DNA from: Entomortierella parvispora E1425
Taxonomy: Eukaryota > Fungi > Mortierellomycota
Assembly: GCA_020891255.1 (NCBI GenBank)
Contig: BQFW01000006.1
Location: forward strand, 682,001 to 746,000
Length of the DNA: 64,000 bases
Direction: 5' to 3'
Both the position numbers and the translations under genes were made by a program. The notes beneath the pieces were generated by a model. The model did not search any database. It was not told the DNA's origin and saw only the letters and a list, made by a program, of their open reading frames with translations. Position 1 is the stretch's first letter. Each line of letters opens with the position of its first letter. Below are positions 38,174-49,300 of the stretch, in pieces.

Positions 38174-39169
38174 TTAGGCGTCAGTGTAGGCCATTGTAAG
38201 AGCTGAAGACCTGGTCTTGAAGGCTTGAGTACGGCCGATAAACTTCCTGCCTCGGCCAAAGACCTCGACCTGGATATAGTACCACTTGGTTGGACTCAAG
38301 TCCCTGGGCAAGAACAAGAGTTCAAAACCAGCCTTGGCACTCACGTTTGCGGCGAGCACAGCAGCAACCTCGGGCATCTTCTGGGTGTCTTTGTCTCTAA
38401 CCATCACCAGGATATTGACCTTGGCCTCCTCCTCGGACACATCTTGGAGAGCCACAGGCAATTGCCAGCGGATGGTATAAGGGGCCATCAGGACCATGGA
38501 TGAGGAGCTGCTCGAGTAGTCCACGGACACGGGCTCAGACTCGAGGACGGCATCCCGAGACTCTTTTGTGAAATAGAATCGGTTCTGGAGCTCGAGCTTG
38601 GTCTCTGACTTGTCAGCTGATGCAAGGATGTGTCGAGATTGTTTCCGAGAAGCAAGGGTGGTTGAGAGGGAAGGTGTTGAGATGGAGGGCGAGGAAGTTT
38701 CAGGCGAGGAGGGAGTGTTGTCGTTCTCGGAGACGTCGCTCTCAACCATGATTCTCAATGGATGGACAGTAGATCGACCGAGAATAGTGGTGCTCCTTCC
38801 CTTGTAAACAATCAGTCTCAAGGTGTAGGTGCCGGGGATAAAGTCGGGTCGAAGGTTGACTCGGACAGAACCAGATCCAGCGGGGACATAACGAGAGAGG
38901 TAGACGCTGCTCTTTTGATCATGGCTCAGAAGTTGAATGTCGAGAGTCGATCCCACAGGCATTGAGGAGGGATCCCAGGAAATGATGGGGAGAGTGTTGA
39001 CAAGCCATTGCGAGCGGATGGTAGGCGAGTTGACAGTGAAAGTGAAGGGGTCGATATGTTCGAGTTTGGAACGTGCGGGTGTTGGGAGGGCGGATGTGTA
39101 TGTGGAGAGGATGAGGGCAATGGAGAGGAGAGAGCAGAGGAAGAGACGGACAGAGGAGAGTGACCGCAT
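38174..39169 (-). CDS. Secreted protein with two Kre9/Knh1-N-like (Ig-like) beta domains
   Basis: Signal peptide MRSLSSVRLFLCSLLSIALILSTYTSA. FTVNSPTIRSQW..NT...ISWD....TLDIQL...PGTYTLRL, then a Ser/Thr linker and a second similar domain (PYTIRW...VNIL...YYIQV). Confidence 0.6.
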   Translation of the reverse strand: MRSLSSVRLFLCSLLSIALILSTYTSALPTPARSKLEHIDPFTFTVNSPTIRSQWLVNTLPIISWDPSSMPVGSTLDIQLLSHDQKSSVYLSRYVPAGSGSVRVNLRPDFIPGTYTLRLIVYKGRSTTILGRSTVHPLRIMVESDVSENDNTPSSPETSSPSISTPSLSTTLASRKQSRHILASADKSETKLELQNRFYFTKESRDAVLESEPVSVDYSSSSSSMVLMAPYTIRWQLPVALQDVSEEEAKVNILVMVRDKDTQKMPEVAAVLAANVSAKAGFELLFLPRDLSPTKWYYIQVEVFGRGRKFIGRTQAFKTRSSALTMAYTDA

Positions 39170-41261
39170 GGTGTGTAAGTAAGGTGTGGGTGGAAGGAAC
39201 AAAAAAGCGCGGCAAAGATGGGCGAACACAAAAAAAGATGGAAAACTGTGTTTGTTCTCTGTGGGATAGACGGAGGTATTTATGGAGATCGGCATTTGGT
39301 ACCTACAGCAAGCAGCAGAGGGCGTAAAGAAACAGGATGAGACTGAAGAAGCAGCGGGAAACAGGCAGAGGAGTGGCGGCGATTCAGACGACGGTTTCTA
39401 GCAGGCTGTTTTTAGCACGAACAATGCGGAGGTTGAAATTCAACAAGTGTAGACGCTCGTTGTGCCTGGAAAACAAAGTGCAACCCAAAATACGCTCCAC
39501 TCGCAACCGACCCCTTGTCCCAGAATAGCGCCGGAGGTATCGTTGCCATGACGACGCCGGGCTAGTGATGTTCAAGGTGGAGCTGGTCGATGACGGTGTG
39601 GGCGCACACACTCACACATCCCTGTTCTGAGGCTATTCCTGTCTCTTCTCTCCCTTTGTCGTGGAATAAAAAAAAATAAAAAAAGAATCTCCTCTATGCG
39701 CTACTGTAGATCACTTTTCTGCCGGTTGCTTTTTATGTCAGTGCAGTGAAGGCCTTTTTCCCCGAGCGGCCCAAGAGAGAAAAAAATGATTAAACACACC
39801 TTGAGACTGCGATTGAAGCTGAGACACATGAAATCATTGTGTTACGCTCAACTGAGCTTCTTTCGTTCTTTGCTGCTCTCGCCCTCCCAAAGACTCTGGC
39901 TGCGACGCGCCGCTGCTTCCATGCAGCCCGCAAGAGGAGCTTCAAAACTGAACAAAAACGTGGTTCAAAAGGGGACCACTTGGGCTCTCCAACTGAGAGC
40001 TGAACGTTGTCGCCGAACCCGTGTTTCGTTTCACAGCAGGCGAGATTGTGTCTCTTTTTGCTATTTGTCTCTCGAAAGTAGCCATCCGCGTACGATGGAC
40101 GGAAAAGAAGTCAACTCTGGGAAACCTTTCACGCCTCCTTTCTTTCTCTGACCTTATTGCAAAGTCGTATTTTTTTCAATGACAGTTATCATTTTAAATC
40201 ATCTTCAAGCGTTCAAAAAAGGTATGTTAGGACAAGAAAGTCATCAGTTCTTTACACCAAGAAGGGGCGAGATGGATGCAGCAGCACAGCACTACTCCTC
40301 GATTTTTCCCTGACATTGTCCTTGATCACCATCCCTTCCTTTCTTGCCTTGCCCCGCTGCCTCTCTCCATCTATGGCCTTGTCCGGTAAAAATTGGATCC
40401 GTTCAGTCGCATCGTAGCTCCTACCTTTCCTCAAATTCCCGATTCACATATCCAATTACTGTACTAATGAAGACAAACTGCACGGATGTAGTCTCTTCAA
40501 AATTCCGGCCAGAGCCATTCATCCTCATGCACACATACACGCGCCACGCCACACAGACTCGCTCACATTTCACAATCCAGAGATGCAGCCGAAAAAAAAA
40601 AAAAAAAAAAAAGTCTCGCACCTGAGGGCCCTTGACCTGGATGTTGCATTCTACATCGTTCTCAATGCCTCCATAAGATCGTCGTCCAGATCCTATTAAG
40701 GATAGTTCCTAATGGATCTGACAGAGTGTTTATAAAAAGGATGAACTTCACCCCGGTAGGCAGTTTATTCCAATGCTTATTGATGATTAGCGTTGATCAC
40801 TTCCAAGGAACCCTTTTTTCTTTTTTCTCTCTAATCCTTTTCTCCTTTCAAAGTGGTGCTTGCGATCGTGCAAAGCCGCGGACAAGAAAGAGAAACAAAG
40901 TTAAAGGCTTTATCCATTCTTGTATTCCTCTCCTGAAAAAAATAACATCTTTTTCTTTCTTTGTTTGTTTGTCCCTCCCAGTTCTTCGCCCTCCTCTGCT
41001 TTCTACGCTTGACCCAACTGCAAGTTCAACTGATTATCTAGCAAACACTACTTATTTGCACTCTCACGAATATTTATCCTCTTTCTTTTTTTCCCTCTAT
41101 CCTGTTTCGTATTCAACTGGGACTCATACGCACGCTGGCCTCTTGCTTTTGTTTTTCTCTACCTTTTCTTGTATACTTCATAATCTACCGAAAATACGCA
41201 ACAGAGCAAGAAGAGCGACAGTGTTTGTTTGCAGGAAACATTCCACTCTTTTCCAGTATCC

Positions 41262-43797
41262 ATGGTTGCGCTATCAACGTTACTCTGGACAAGCGCAAAG
41301 TAAGTCAAACAGACTCAGTGGATACCTTATTTCTCGTTTCTCGGTCCGGAGATGCGAAGCTGACCATTTCTCGGTACTATCGACCGTTGTAGACCAATTA
41401 TCAAATCTCTTCTCCTTGTCTGAGAGAGAGGGCGAATGATACGCGACCTTTTTTTTTCTTCGGTCGCACAAACAACACTGATGAATGCGCTTCTGCCCCC
41501 ACCAGGAGCGGCGCTTTGATGGCTCGCCACGGGATGCTCATCCCCGCTGGGTCCAAAGTGGTGTCGGGCCTGATCTTGAACTACACCCTTCCAGCTCTGC
41601 TGTTCGCAAAGATGTTGTCCTGTATTAGCCTGGACAACATCTCTGAGCTTGGGTAAGTGGAGTTAACATCTGGAGACTTCTACCAATAACCTTTCAACAT
41701 GCGATGCAAAGTCGGCTGTGGTTGTACTTATCTGCACTTCCTTATTCTACGAAAAACAGACTAGTCACAATGGTTGCCATCTTTTACATGATAATGGGCG
41801 CCTTCTTCGGTGTACTGATTCAAATGACAGGCCAAGTTCCGAAAAGGCTGCACCGTGGTATCATTGCAGCTACCATGTTCACCAACTTTGTATGGCCAAG
41901 ACCGTATTTACTGAGAAAAAATGGGGTCGTTTTTTTTTTTACCTCGATTCAGTTTGGTCTTCTTTGACTAATATCAAACCTCTTTCTTGTTGTTCGTTTG
42001 CTTCATCCAACAAAAACTCAAACCAGGGAGATTTGCCAATCTCCATCATCCTGGCAGTTTCTGACCACCCCCCGTTTTCGGTTGGCGATGGTGCGCTGGG
42101 TACGGCATATTCCAGTGTGTTCATTGCAGTGTTTTATCTCTTCCTCCTTCCGTTTGGAGGCTATAAACTCATCCGATACGACCATGTCAAAGAAGCACAA
42201 AGATTGCGGTCCCTGACCAATGCCCTCTCAAACCACTGAAAACACAGACACCAGCGCGCTTTCCTCTGACCCTTCGTCGCCATCGTCCTCCTCGTCCTCG
42301 CCCCTCTTTCCCACAAACAGCTGTCCTGAAGGCGGCACGTCCAGTGACGCGACCATGTCAAACGACACCCTAGGAGGATCTAGCTCCAAGGCAGCTACGC
42401 CTTGCCCACAGCAGAGTCCCGAAAAAGAAGCTTTAGATCCAAAAGCGGAGCCGTCGATGGCAAGTATGTCTCCAACTAGGACTCTGCCGTTATACCCAAA
42501 CCAATCGCTTCGACCTCTGCATTCCTTTCAACCCATGGTCTCCAGGGCCTCGACCGTCATCAACTTGGAAACAGGTGACAAGATGGACGCGCAGGGGGAT
42601 GTATCAGACAGCGAGAGCAAGGTTACAGTTTCCCGCAACCTAACCAATTCGAAGGAGGATCGAGTGGCTACGATGATGAATCAAGGAAGAGGTGATGATG
42701 ATGAGGGTGGTAGTGATGGTGGTCGGTCAACTAGTCTTTACAGAAATAACCTTTACTTGACGCCAGAAACCTGCGGGCGCCACTCGCCCGACGAACGCCA
42801 AAGAGTAGGAAGCTCCATAAGTGCCAGCTCAGGCAAGACTAAAGTGGATTCGGAGGGGAGTGACAACTCATCCGCAACGCAAAACGCTTCAGCCTCGATA
42901 CCTATAGAAAACTGGCACAATAGAGCGGGTAACTGGGCCCCTAGACTTGCAAGACATCTCTAGTCAACGTCGAACTAGTCTCCACATACAAATGGAGGAC
43001 TGTTCGGAGCAAGTGGGCAAGAAAAAGTCTCTCGGTGTTCGAGCCACCACCTTTCCAAAATCCACCCCGGTCCGACAAAAGTCAAGACAGTCCAGTCTCC
43101 CACTGCCGCCAGCTCCACCACCAGTAGAGAGAGGACAGCTCCATGAGGAGGAGTCGCTTTCACTGTCGCCTCTGCCCAAAGTTCCTCCTCAGCTGGAGCG
43201 GACTTATACTTCGCGTACCGAGGATCGCAGTTTGTTTTGGCGCCTATTTCAGGGCACACGAGAATATCTGACACCGCCGACTATTGGGCTTTTACTCGGT
43301 CTCATCATAGCTCTGACCCCGATGCGACGCCTCTTCATCGTCACCCCGAGTCCGCTCCCTTCGCTAGATGAGCTACCGCCGCTGAGTTTCATTCATGAGA
43401 TCACTCTGATGTTGGGCGGGTGTTGCGTTCCTTTGGGGCTGACGGTTCTAGGCGCGTCCTTGTCGAGGTTGAAACCAGGCAGACACCGACCGTTAGTGCC
43501 AGCGCTAGCGATGATTACGATCGTCAAGATGGTGATTTCGCCGTTGATTGGGATTCTGTTGGTGCAGATGCTGTTCGTCCGACGCTTTGGATGGATCGGG
43601 ACTCGGAGCCACATGCTACAGTTTACGTTGATGCTGATGAGTGGATCCTCTACGAGTATTACATGCTTTGTGTTGGCGTTGGTGTGGGATCGGAGGACGA
43701 GGAACGCGGGAAGGCGGCGTTGATTGCAGTCCAGTACGCGGTGGCGTCGGTTCTGCTAACTGTGTTGAGCGCGTGTATGATGTACTTTTTATTCTGA
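41262..43797 (+). pseudogene. Auxin efflux carrier / PILS-like (membrane transport, ECM3-like) pseudogene
   Basis: Family motifs LILNYTLPALLFAK, FTNFGDLPISII, PPTIGLLLG, LGGCCVPLGLTVLGASL, KMVISPLIG. Apparent frameshifts near 42220, 42940 and 43710, plus a micro-exon (41393-) with no in-phase donor before TGA 41421. Confidence 0.75.
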
Positions 43798-44494
43798 AGA
43801 AAAACAAATAATAATAATAATATAGAAATATAGAAGTGTGGTGCAATGTGTCAAGGGGGTATTGGAGAGGCAAGGGTCGGGCGAGCTCGAAGCGAATCCA
43901 ACAGCGGTCTGTTGGGTGGTGGTTGTTGATGGCGGTTGTTTTTTTTTCTTTTTTTTTTTTTTTGGCGAAAAGAGAGCCACTCGACTATCCACACGAAATG
44001 CAAGCGCAACGCAACTCCTTGTTTGGACTGTTCGTTTGTTTTGTTGAGAGGAATGGGCGAGATCAGATCAGAGCAGAGTTCGTAGCGTTGAGCCATGGGG
44101 GGGAGCGGCGCGTGGGCCCCCTTTGAGAAAGGACGACTCGAAAAAGGACGACTCGAGTCGGCTGACACATGGCCACGGCACGAGGGCGTGTTGGCGCCAA
44201 GGGACGAAGCGCGAAGTGGCCAAGAAGGAGAGAAAGAGAGACAAAAAGACACACGACCAGGACGCGTGTGGGATCGATCGGACCCTTTCGTTCCCTTTCT
44301 CTTCCCTTGCGTGCTTCTGCTTCCTCCCTTGGCCTCGACCATTCATTCATTCACTCCATCCTTCGTACTTTCATGCATGCATTCTTGCCCATGCCTCTCT
44401 TCATCACCTCCTCTCCACTTAGCATCAACTGCACCCTCTGATCCAGATCTGCCCCTTCTCCCCACCTTTCCCCCCCTTGCCGATCCATCCCGCC

Positions 44495-44977
44495 ATGGCC
44501 TTGCAGCCATCCGCTCCAATCTATCCTCGATCCAACTCCAGTGCATTGAATCCATCGAATCCATCTCCCTCATGCCGTTTCCCTGCTGCAGGTACCACTG
44601 CAACTAGTCTCGTCAACGCCAGCACTCGGATCCATGCTCGTCGACAGCGACGTAGACGCGGTTCTTCCACGACCGGGAACAATGGCAGCAACAGCAACCA
44701 GTCTTCTCTTCTGCTCGCATGTCTGCGGCAAAGTGCACGCAGACGAACAGCCAGCCCAAGCTGCAGGCCGACTGTCCATTTTACGTTCCCAGCATTGCCA
44801 CCCATGCCTGCATTGCCATCCCTTCCAGCCATGCCCCAAATGCCTTCAATGCCTTCAATGCCCTCCATGCCTTCCATGCCCACCATGCCTGCGATGCCCT
44901 CGATGCCGTCCTGGCCTACGCTGACATCCTTGGACCTGTTCCTTCCTTTCGTCATGGGTGGAGGTGGATCGAAACAC

Positions 44978-45019
<42 letters not shown>

Positions 45020-45235
45020 GATGACCCCTGTCCGTGTTGTCCCGCAGAGACAGTACCGTCGCCAGAGTCCACTGCCGCTGCAGAGGCAGCAACGCGGCCT
45101 CGCACCCGTGGCCAGCCCCCTCAAATGGCCAGTGGCCGTCTGACTGCAGCATATGATCCTAGCATCCAGTATCCAGAATTCACATTTTTTGGGAACAAGC
45201 AATATTCACAGAAATTTATGGTCACGTGTATGTAA
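44495..45235 (+). CDS. Hypothetical low-complexity protein with (MPS/MPA)n repeats and poly-Q
   Basis: Open frame of about 246 aa with a 9-nt coding tandem repeat at about 44790-44910 and a CAGCAA repeat at 44977-45018. A possible 3' intron (GTATGT at 45228) could extend the gene to 45391. Confidence 0.45.
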
Positions 45236-45464
45236 TTAAGGGCGTACCATAAAGTCCAGGGGGCGGACTTCGAGGTACGATGAAGCAAATCCATTCTGAA
45301 AAAAAATGCAAATCCATTCTGGCCGTTCATCCTGCCAGCCCCCTTTTCTGATAAGACAACAGACCAAGAGTGTATTCAAACTAGCGCATGAACTTGAGAG
45401 ACTGCAGTAGTTAAGTAGTCATTACAGAATTAAAGGGATAACAAGTAGAAAGCCAGAATGTTGT

Positions 45465-48400
45465 TTATTCAATCGCAGCTGCAGGTTTTTTTTTGATTAC
45501 TTTTCTGTGGTAAGAACATATACCCCCGGCACGCTCAATTGGTTCCCGAAGACTTTCAAACGCCAATTGTTTTCGCACATCCAAGTCACGCTCAGCAGGC
45601 ATCTCATGAATCATACCCAGAACGTGATAGATCACATCCTTGAAGTACTGGTAGTTTTTCCTATTGGAAACTCCAATATTGCCCCTGCGATATCGCCAAT
45701 CTTTGCCAAAGGACACATCTAGTTGCCAGATAGGAGGGGTAGCTCCAGAACCTCTGAACCACCGTCGCCATATCTCATCCAAATCGACGGGTACGGCGTC
45801 TTTTCTGTTCCCATCTCGCGCCAGCACAATATTATCAATATTTGGAGTTATCTGAGGTAGGGTCCATATTCGCTCAGAAAAGCTTGCTGCAAGCGCCGCA
45901 AGGTGACCTTCGAGATTTCCCTCCAATTGACGCTGCTGCTGCTGCTGATCGTGCTCTTGTAAAATTGGCGTTTGCTGTTGCTGTTGCTGTTGCGGTTGCG
46001 GTTGCGGTTGCGGCTGCGGTTGCGGTGGTGGTGGTGGTGGTGGTGTTGTTGTTGCTAGGTGTTGACTTTGTTGTTCTAGATCAAGATCTTCATCAAGTCT
46101 GATCTCGAGTCGCCGTTGCTTTGTTCGTTCCCTACGACGATCTATCAAAGTCTCGTCGTCGTCATCATCAACTTGTTCCTGTTCGTACTCTTCATCCATG
46201 ATGGACAATGCATGTGGGGAAGGGGGTAGTGAGCGGATAGGAGGTGTTGACGATGGCACATCCACAACGTCTGGAGCAATACGTGCATTTTGATGAGTTG
46301 TCTGGTTCCGCTGCGCTACGCGGGCCTCCTCCCGCCGATGTTTTCTTAAATTCTCTGCCATGACCATTCCCGAGACTTCTAAGCCGAGCTCCATGCTCTC
46401 CATGTTTTTTCGCGTTTGTCGAGGTTGAGTAGAGGTGGGATGGATCTGAGGTTCTTGCGGTGTTAAAGATGCAGGCCTTCGGACTGCCTGTTGTATTTGC
46501 TGGACATGCTGAATGCATTCGATAGGCGCAAAGACTTGAGTGCGCAACGAATTCTCCAGCTCTGAAGCAGTTCTTGCAAGGCTTATATCATTTGATGCGG
46601 ATATGCCAGTCATCTGCCTCATTTGTGCTCGAATCTGAAGATCCGCCGCTCGTAACATATCAGAGAGCATTGAGAAGATCCCCATTGTGGCGTGTTGGTT
46701 TAATTCTCGATGCTGCTTTGCAAGTGAATCCATGACGTTCACGTTCAATTCGCGAGATGTTGCTGCCTCGTCCCTTAGAATCTTGGGGAGACCTTCAGTG
46801 ATCGCCTTTAGTTTGTCCAATTTCGACTCCACAACTTGATTGTGATGATGAAGACCCGGTAAATTGGCCTTGATACTATCTGACAGAGGCGAGACAGATG
46901 TTTCCATGGATTCGATCAGGTTTTTCTGAAATTCTAGGAACTCGATTGATTTGAAAAGATCGATGTCGAAGATCTCATGTCGATGGTAGGGGCGATCTGG
47001 GATTGAGAGAGACATCAAGGCGACTGCGTCCTGCAGCACAACTTTGCGGAGGTGGGCGAGAAGAAGAAGAAACCGTATGAGCCTAATGTCCCTCTTCTCT
47101 ATAGGCATGCGACGATCGACTGGTCGATTCAAATACATATCTCGATCCATCATGACGTTTTCGACCCATACTGTCCAGTCGGGGTACGTGAAGCATGTCT
47201 CTATGAACGGAAAGACTTTTCGCTGCAAGTTGGCGTCTGGAGTAAGAGTGTTCCGAGCTAACCAAAGGCGTTCTCCAGGCAAAGTACAACCAGCCAGTTT
47301 CATAGGAACATCCTTAGGGAAACTGCTGAGGTAGTGAGTGACGACTCGCCTTCCTGTCTGCCAACGACCATGCTGAGAAATTGCTTCGATATCAGCTCCT
47401 GCTTCCTGTGCATGCCGTGCTCCTGATCCACGATGCCCGTGCAGTGGTTTGCTAGTTTTCACTCCAATGCTATCCAGCCCTGACTTGCCGGCCGCGCGGT
47501 GGGTGGAATCATGCATCTGTTTTCTTTCGTCATTTCCAACAAGCAGAAAAATGTCGACCCAGGAGTTATCTGCGGGGTCAAACTTTTTAAGCTGAAGTGG
47601 AAAAAAAAATGGGATAAAGTCACTCAGTTAATTGTATGGCCTTCAACATATCAACAAAAACATATGGCACCAATATTTAATGGCTATTACCAAGAAACGT
47701 TCGAGAAGATGAAGCGCCAGGCTGCCAACAGGACATATCTGAACATCCTTGTTCCTGACAACGCTTCCATAGGCCGCCTTTCCATCTCGATTCGTCTTTC
47801 CTCGCAACATTTGAAGGATAACTCCCAAAGTGAACTGGTGACCATCCTTCGGATGTTCATATGCATGAGAGAATATGTCAGACAACCTGGCCATACGCAA
47901 GTTTTCGCCTCGAGACATCATGAAGTGCAGCCAGGATCCACTAAGACGACTTCGAAATCCGACGATCTTCTTTCTCTTTGTTCTTCCGTGGTATCTGTGT
48001 TGCCAGCCATCCCACATTAAGGCAGACAACTCTGGTATATCATATCCACTGTCAAAGTTGAGAGTCGCTGTGTCTTCTGAGGTGAGTTGGGCGGAATACT
48101 CCAGAACATATCCCTTCATGAGTGAAGACAGCTCTGGAGATCGTAAACTGATCGTAGGATGCCCAAACATAACCTTGTTGCTCGGATCTGCCTTTTGCAT
48201 CTTAAAAAGATCGAAGCAGGCTTTGACGTATTGCATGACTGTTTCTGGAGCCGGCAGTTGGCCGTCAGGATCATAGCCATCCTTTGTTTTGCTGACTCGT
48301 AGAGGGCGAATCCCTTTTGGCAGCTCAGGGTCGACAGGGTGTTTGGCGACGTTGTGGGTCATGTAAAGGAGGAAGCGACTGGGAAGTACATTGGGTTTGA

Positions 48401-49300
48401 CATAGCCCATTCGTTTGCACCAGGCCTATTGTCATGGGAGGTAATGGATTACTCTGTTATGGTCAATAACGTTTGAAAATGATGAGCCAGTCAACTGTAG
48501 CAGCAGCATTCTATTACCACCCAGTGCCTCTGATAGCGGCCATATGTTGCCTGGGTACTCTTGGCCTGTTGTTGTTTGCCTTGGCGAGCAGCTTGCTGCA
48601 GTGCGGAGATCTCCATGTCTGCGAGTTGTTGGTCGAAGTCTTGATCGTCTAAATAATCTCGACGAGCGGCAACGTCCTCTGTTCCTTGCATGAGTGGGTC
48701 ATCGCTAGCATCCAGCTCTTGATCGGCGATAAACTGAACAGGTCCATCATCAACCTCCAACTGGGCCCGCTCCTCGTCCTCCGCTCTTTCACGGTCAATT
48801 TCTTGCTGGGACCGCATGATTTCTTCTGGCAATGATTCTCGGGAGGACTGAGTCAGCTTGGCCACAGCCAAACGCTTTTTGGTCTCCATCTTCCTCAATT
48901 CCCTAGTCTGGTCATCTTCCTCGTCATATTCCGAGTCAGAGGATCCATCGCTCTCGTAGTCACTGCCATGGGCCTCGGATGTCCTCAAATCCAACTCCCC
49001 CTGTGAATACACACGCTCTGCTCCACCAAAGATATCATCCATGCAGTCTCGGTGAGGTCTCTGCGTCATATGCGCTTTTGGTAACCGCGAGCTAGCTTCT
49101 CCTTCCGACAGATCGCTAGAGTCTTGTGGGATAGCACGCTCTTTCCCCTTGGAGGCGCTATATGACAGGTCTCTGTCATTATTTTGCTGATTTCTGGGGC
49201 CACGTTTCTTGCCTTTGTCGCTCCTGGATTTTCTCTTTTGAGGAACAGCATTGCTTGCACTCGAACCAGCTTGCGCTCTTTCGTTTTGGTTCTCGTTCAT
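45465..49300 (-). mobile_element. Crypton-type tyrosine recombinase (Ndc10 domain II + GCR1_C), about 1214 aa, intact. Exons 49300-48518, 48425-47691, 47591-45465
   Basis: Both introns are phase 0, GT-AG. Catalytic set: MSRGENLR (R), RGKTNRDG (K), LHGHR (HxxR), QHGRW (H), THYLS (Y). CPVGSLALHL motif present. C-terminal DLDEIWRRWFRG...PPIWQLDVSFGKDWRY is GCR1_C-like. First in-frame ATG is 49300; the frame is open to 49414. Confidence 0.88.
45935..46052. repeat. Coding poly-Q / (QP)n / poly-P microsatellite block within the recombinase
   Basis: (GCT)n, (GTTGCT)n, (GTTGCG)n and (GGT)n runs directly visible. Confidence 0.9.

Noticed and set aside
40726-41439. 237-aa plus-strand ORF upstream of the PILS pseudogene
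   Set aside because: Phe/Ser/Leu-rich translation of a pyrimidine-rich promoter or 5'UTR intron, with a non-ATG start.
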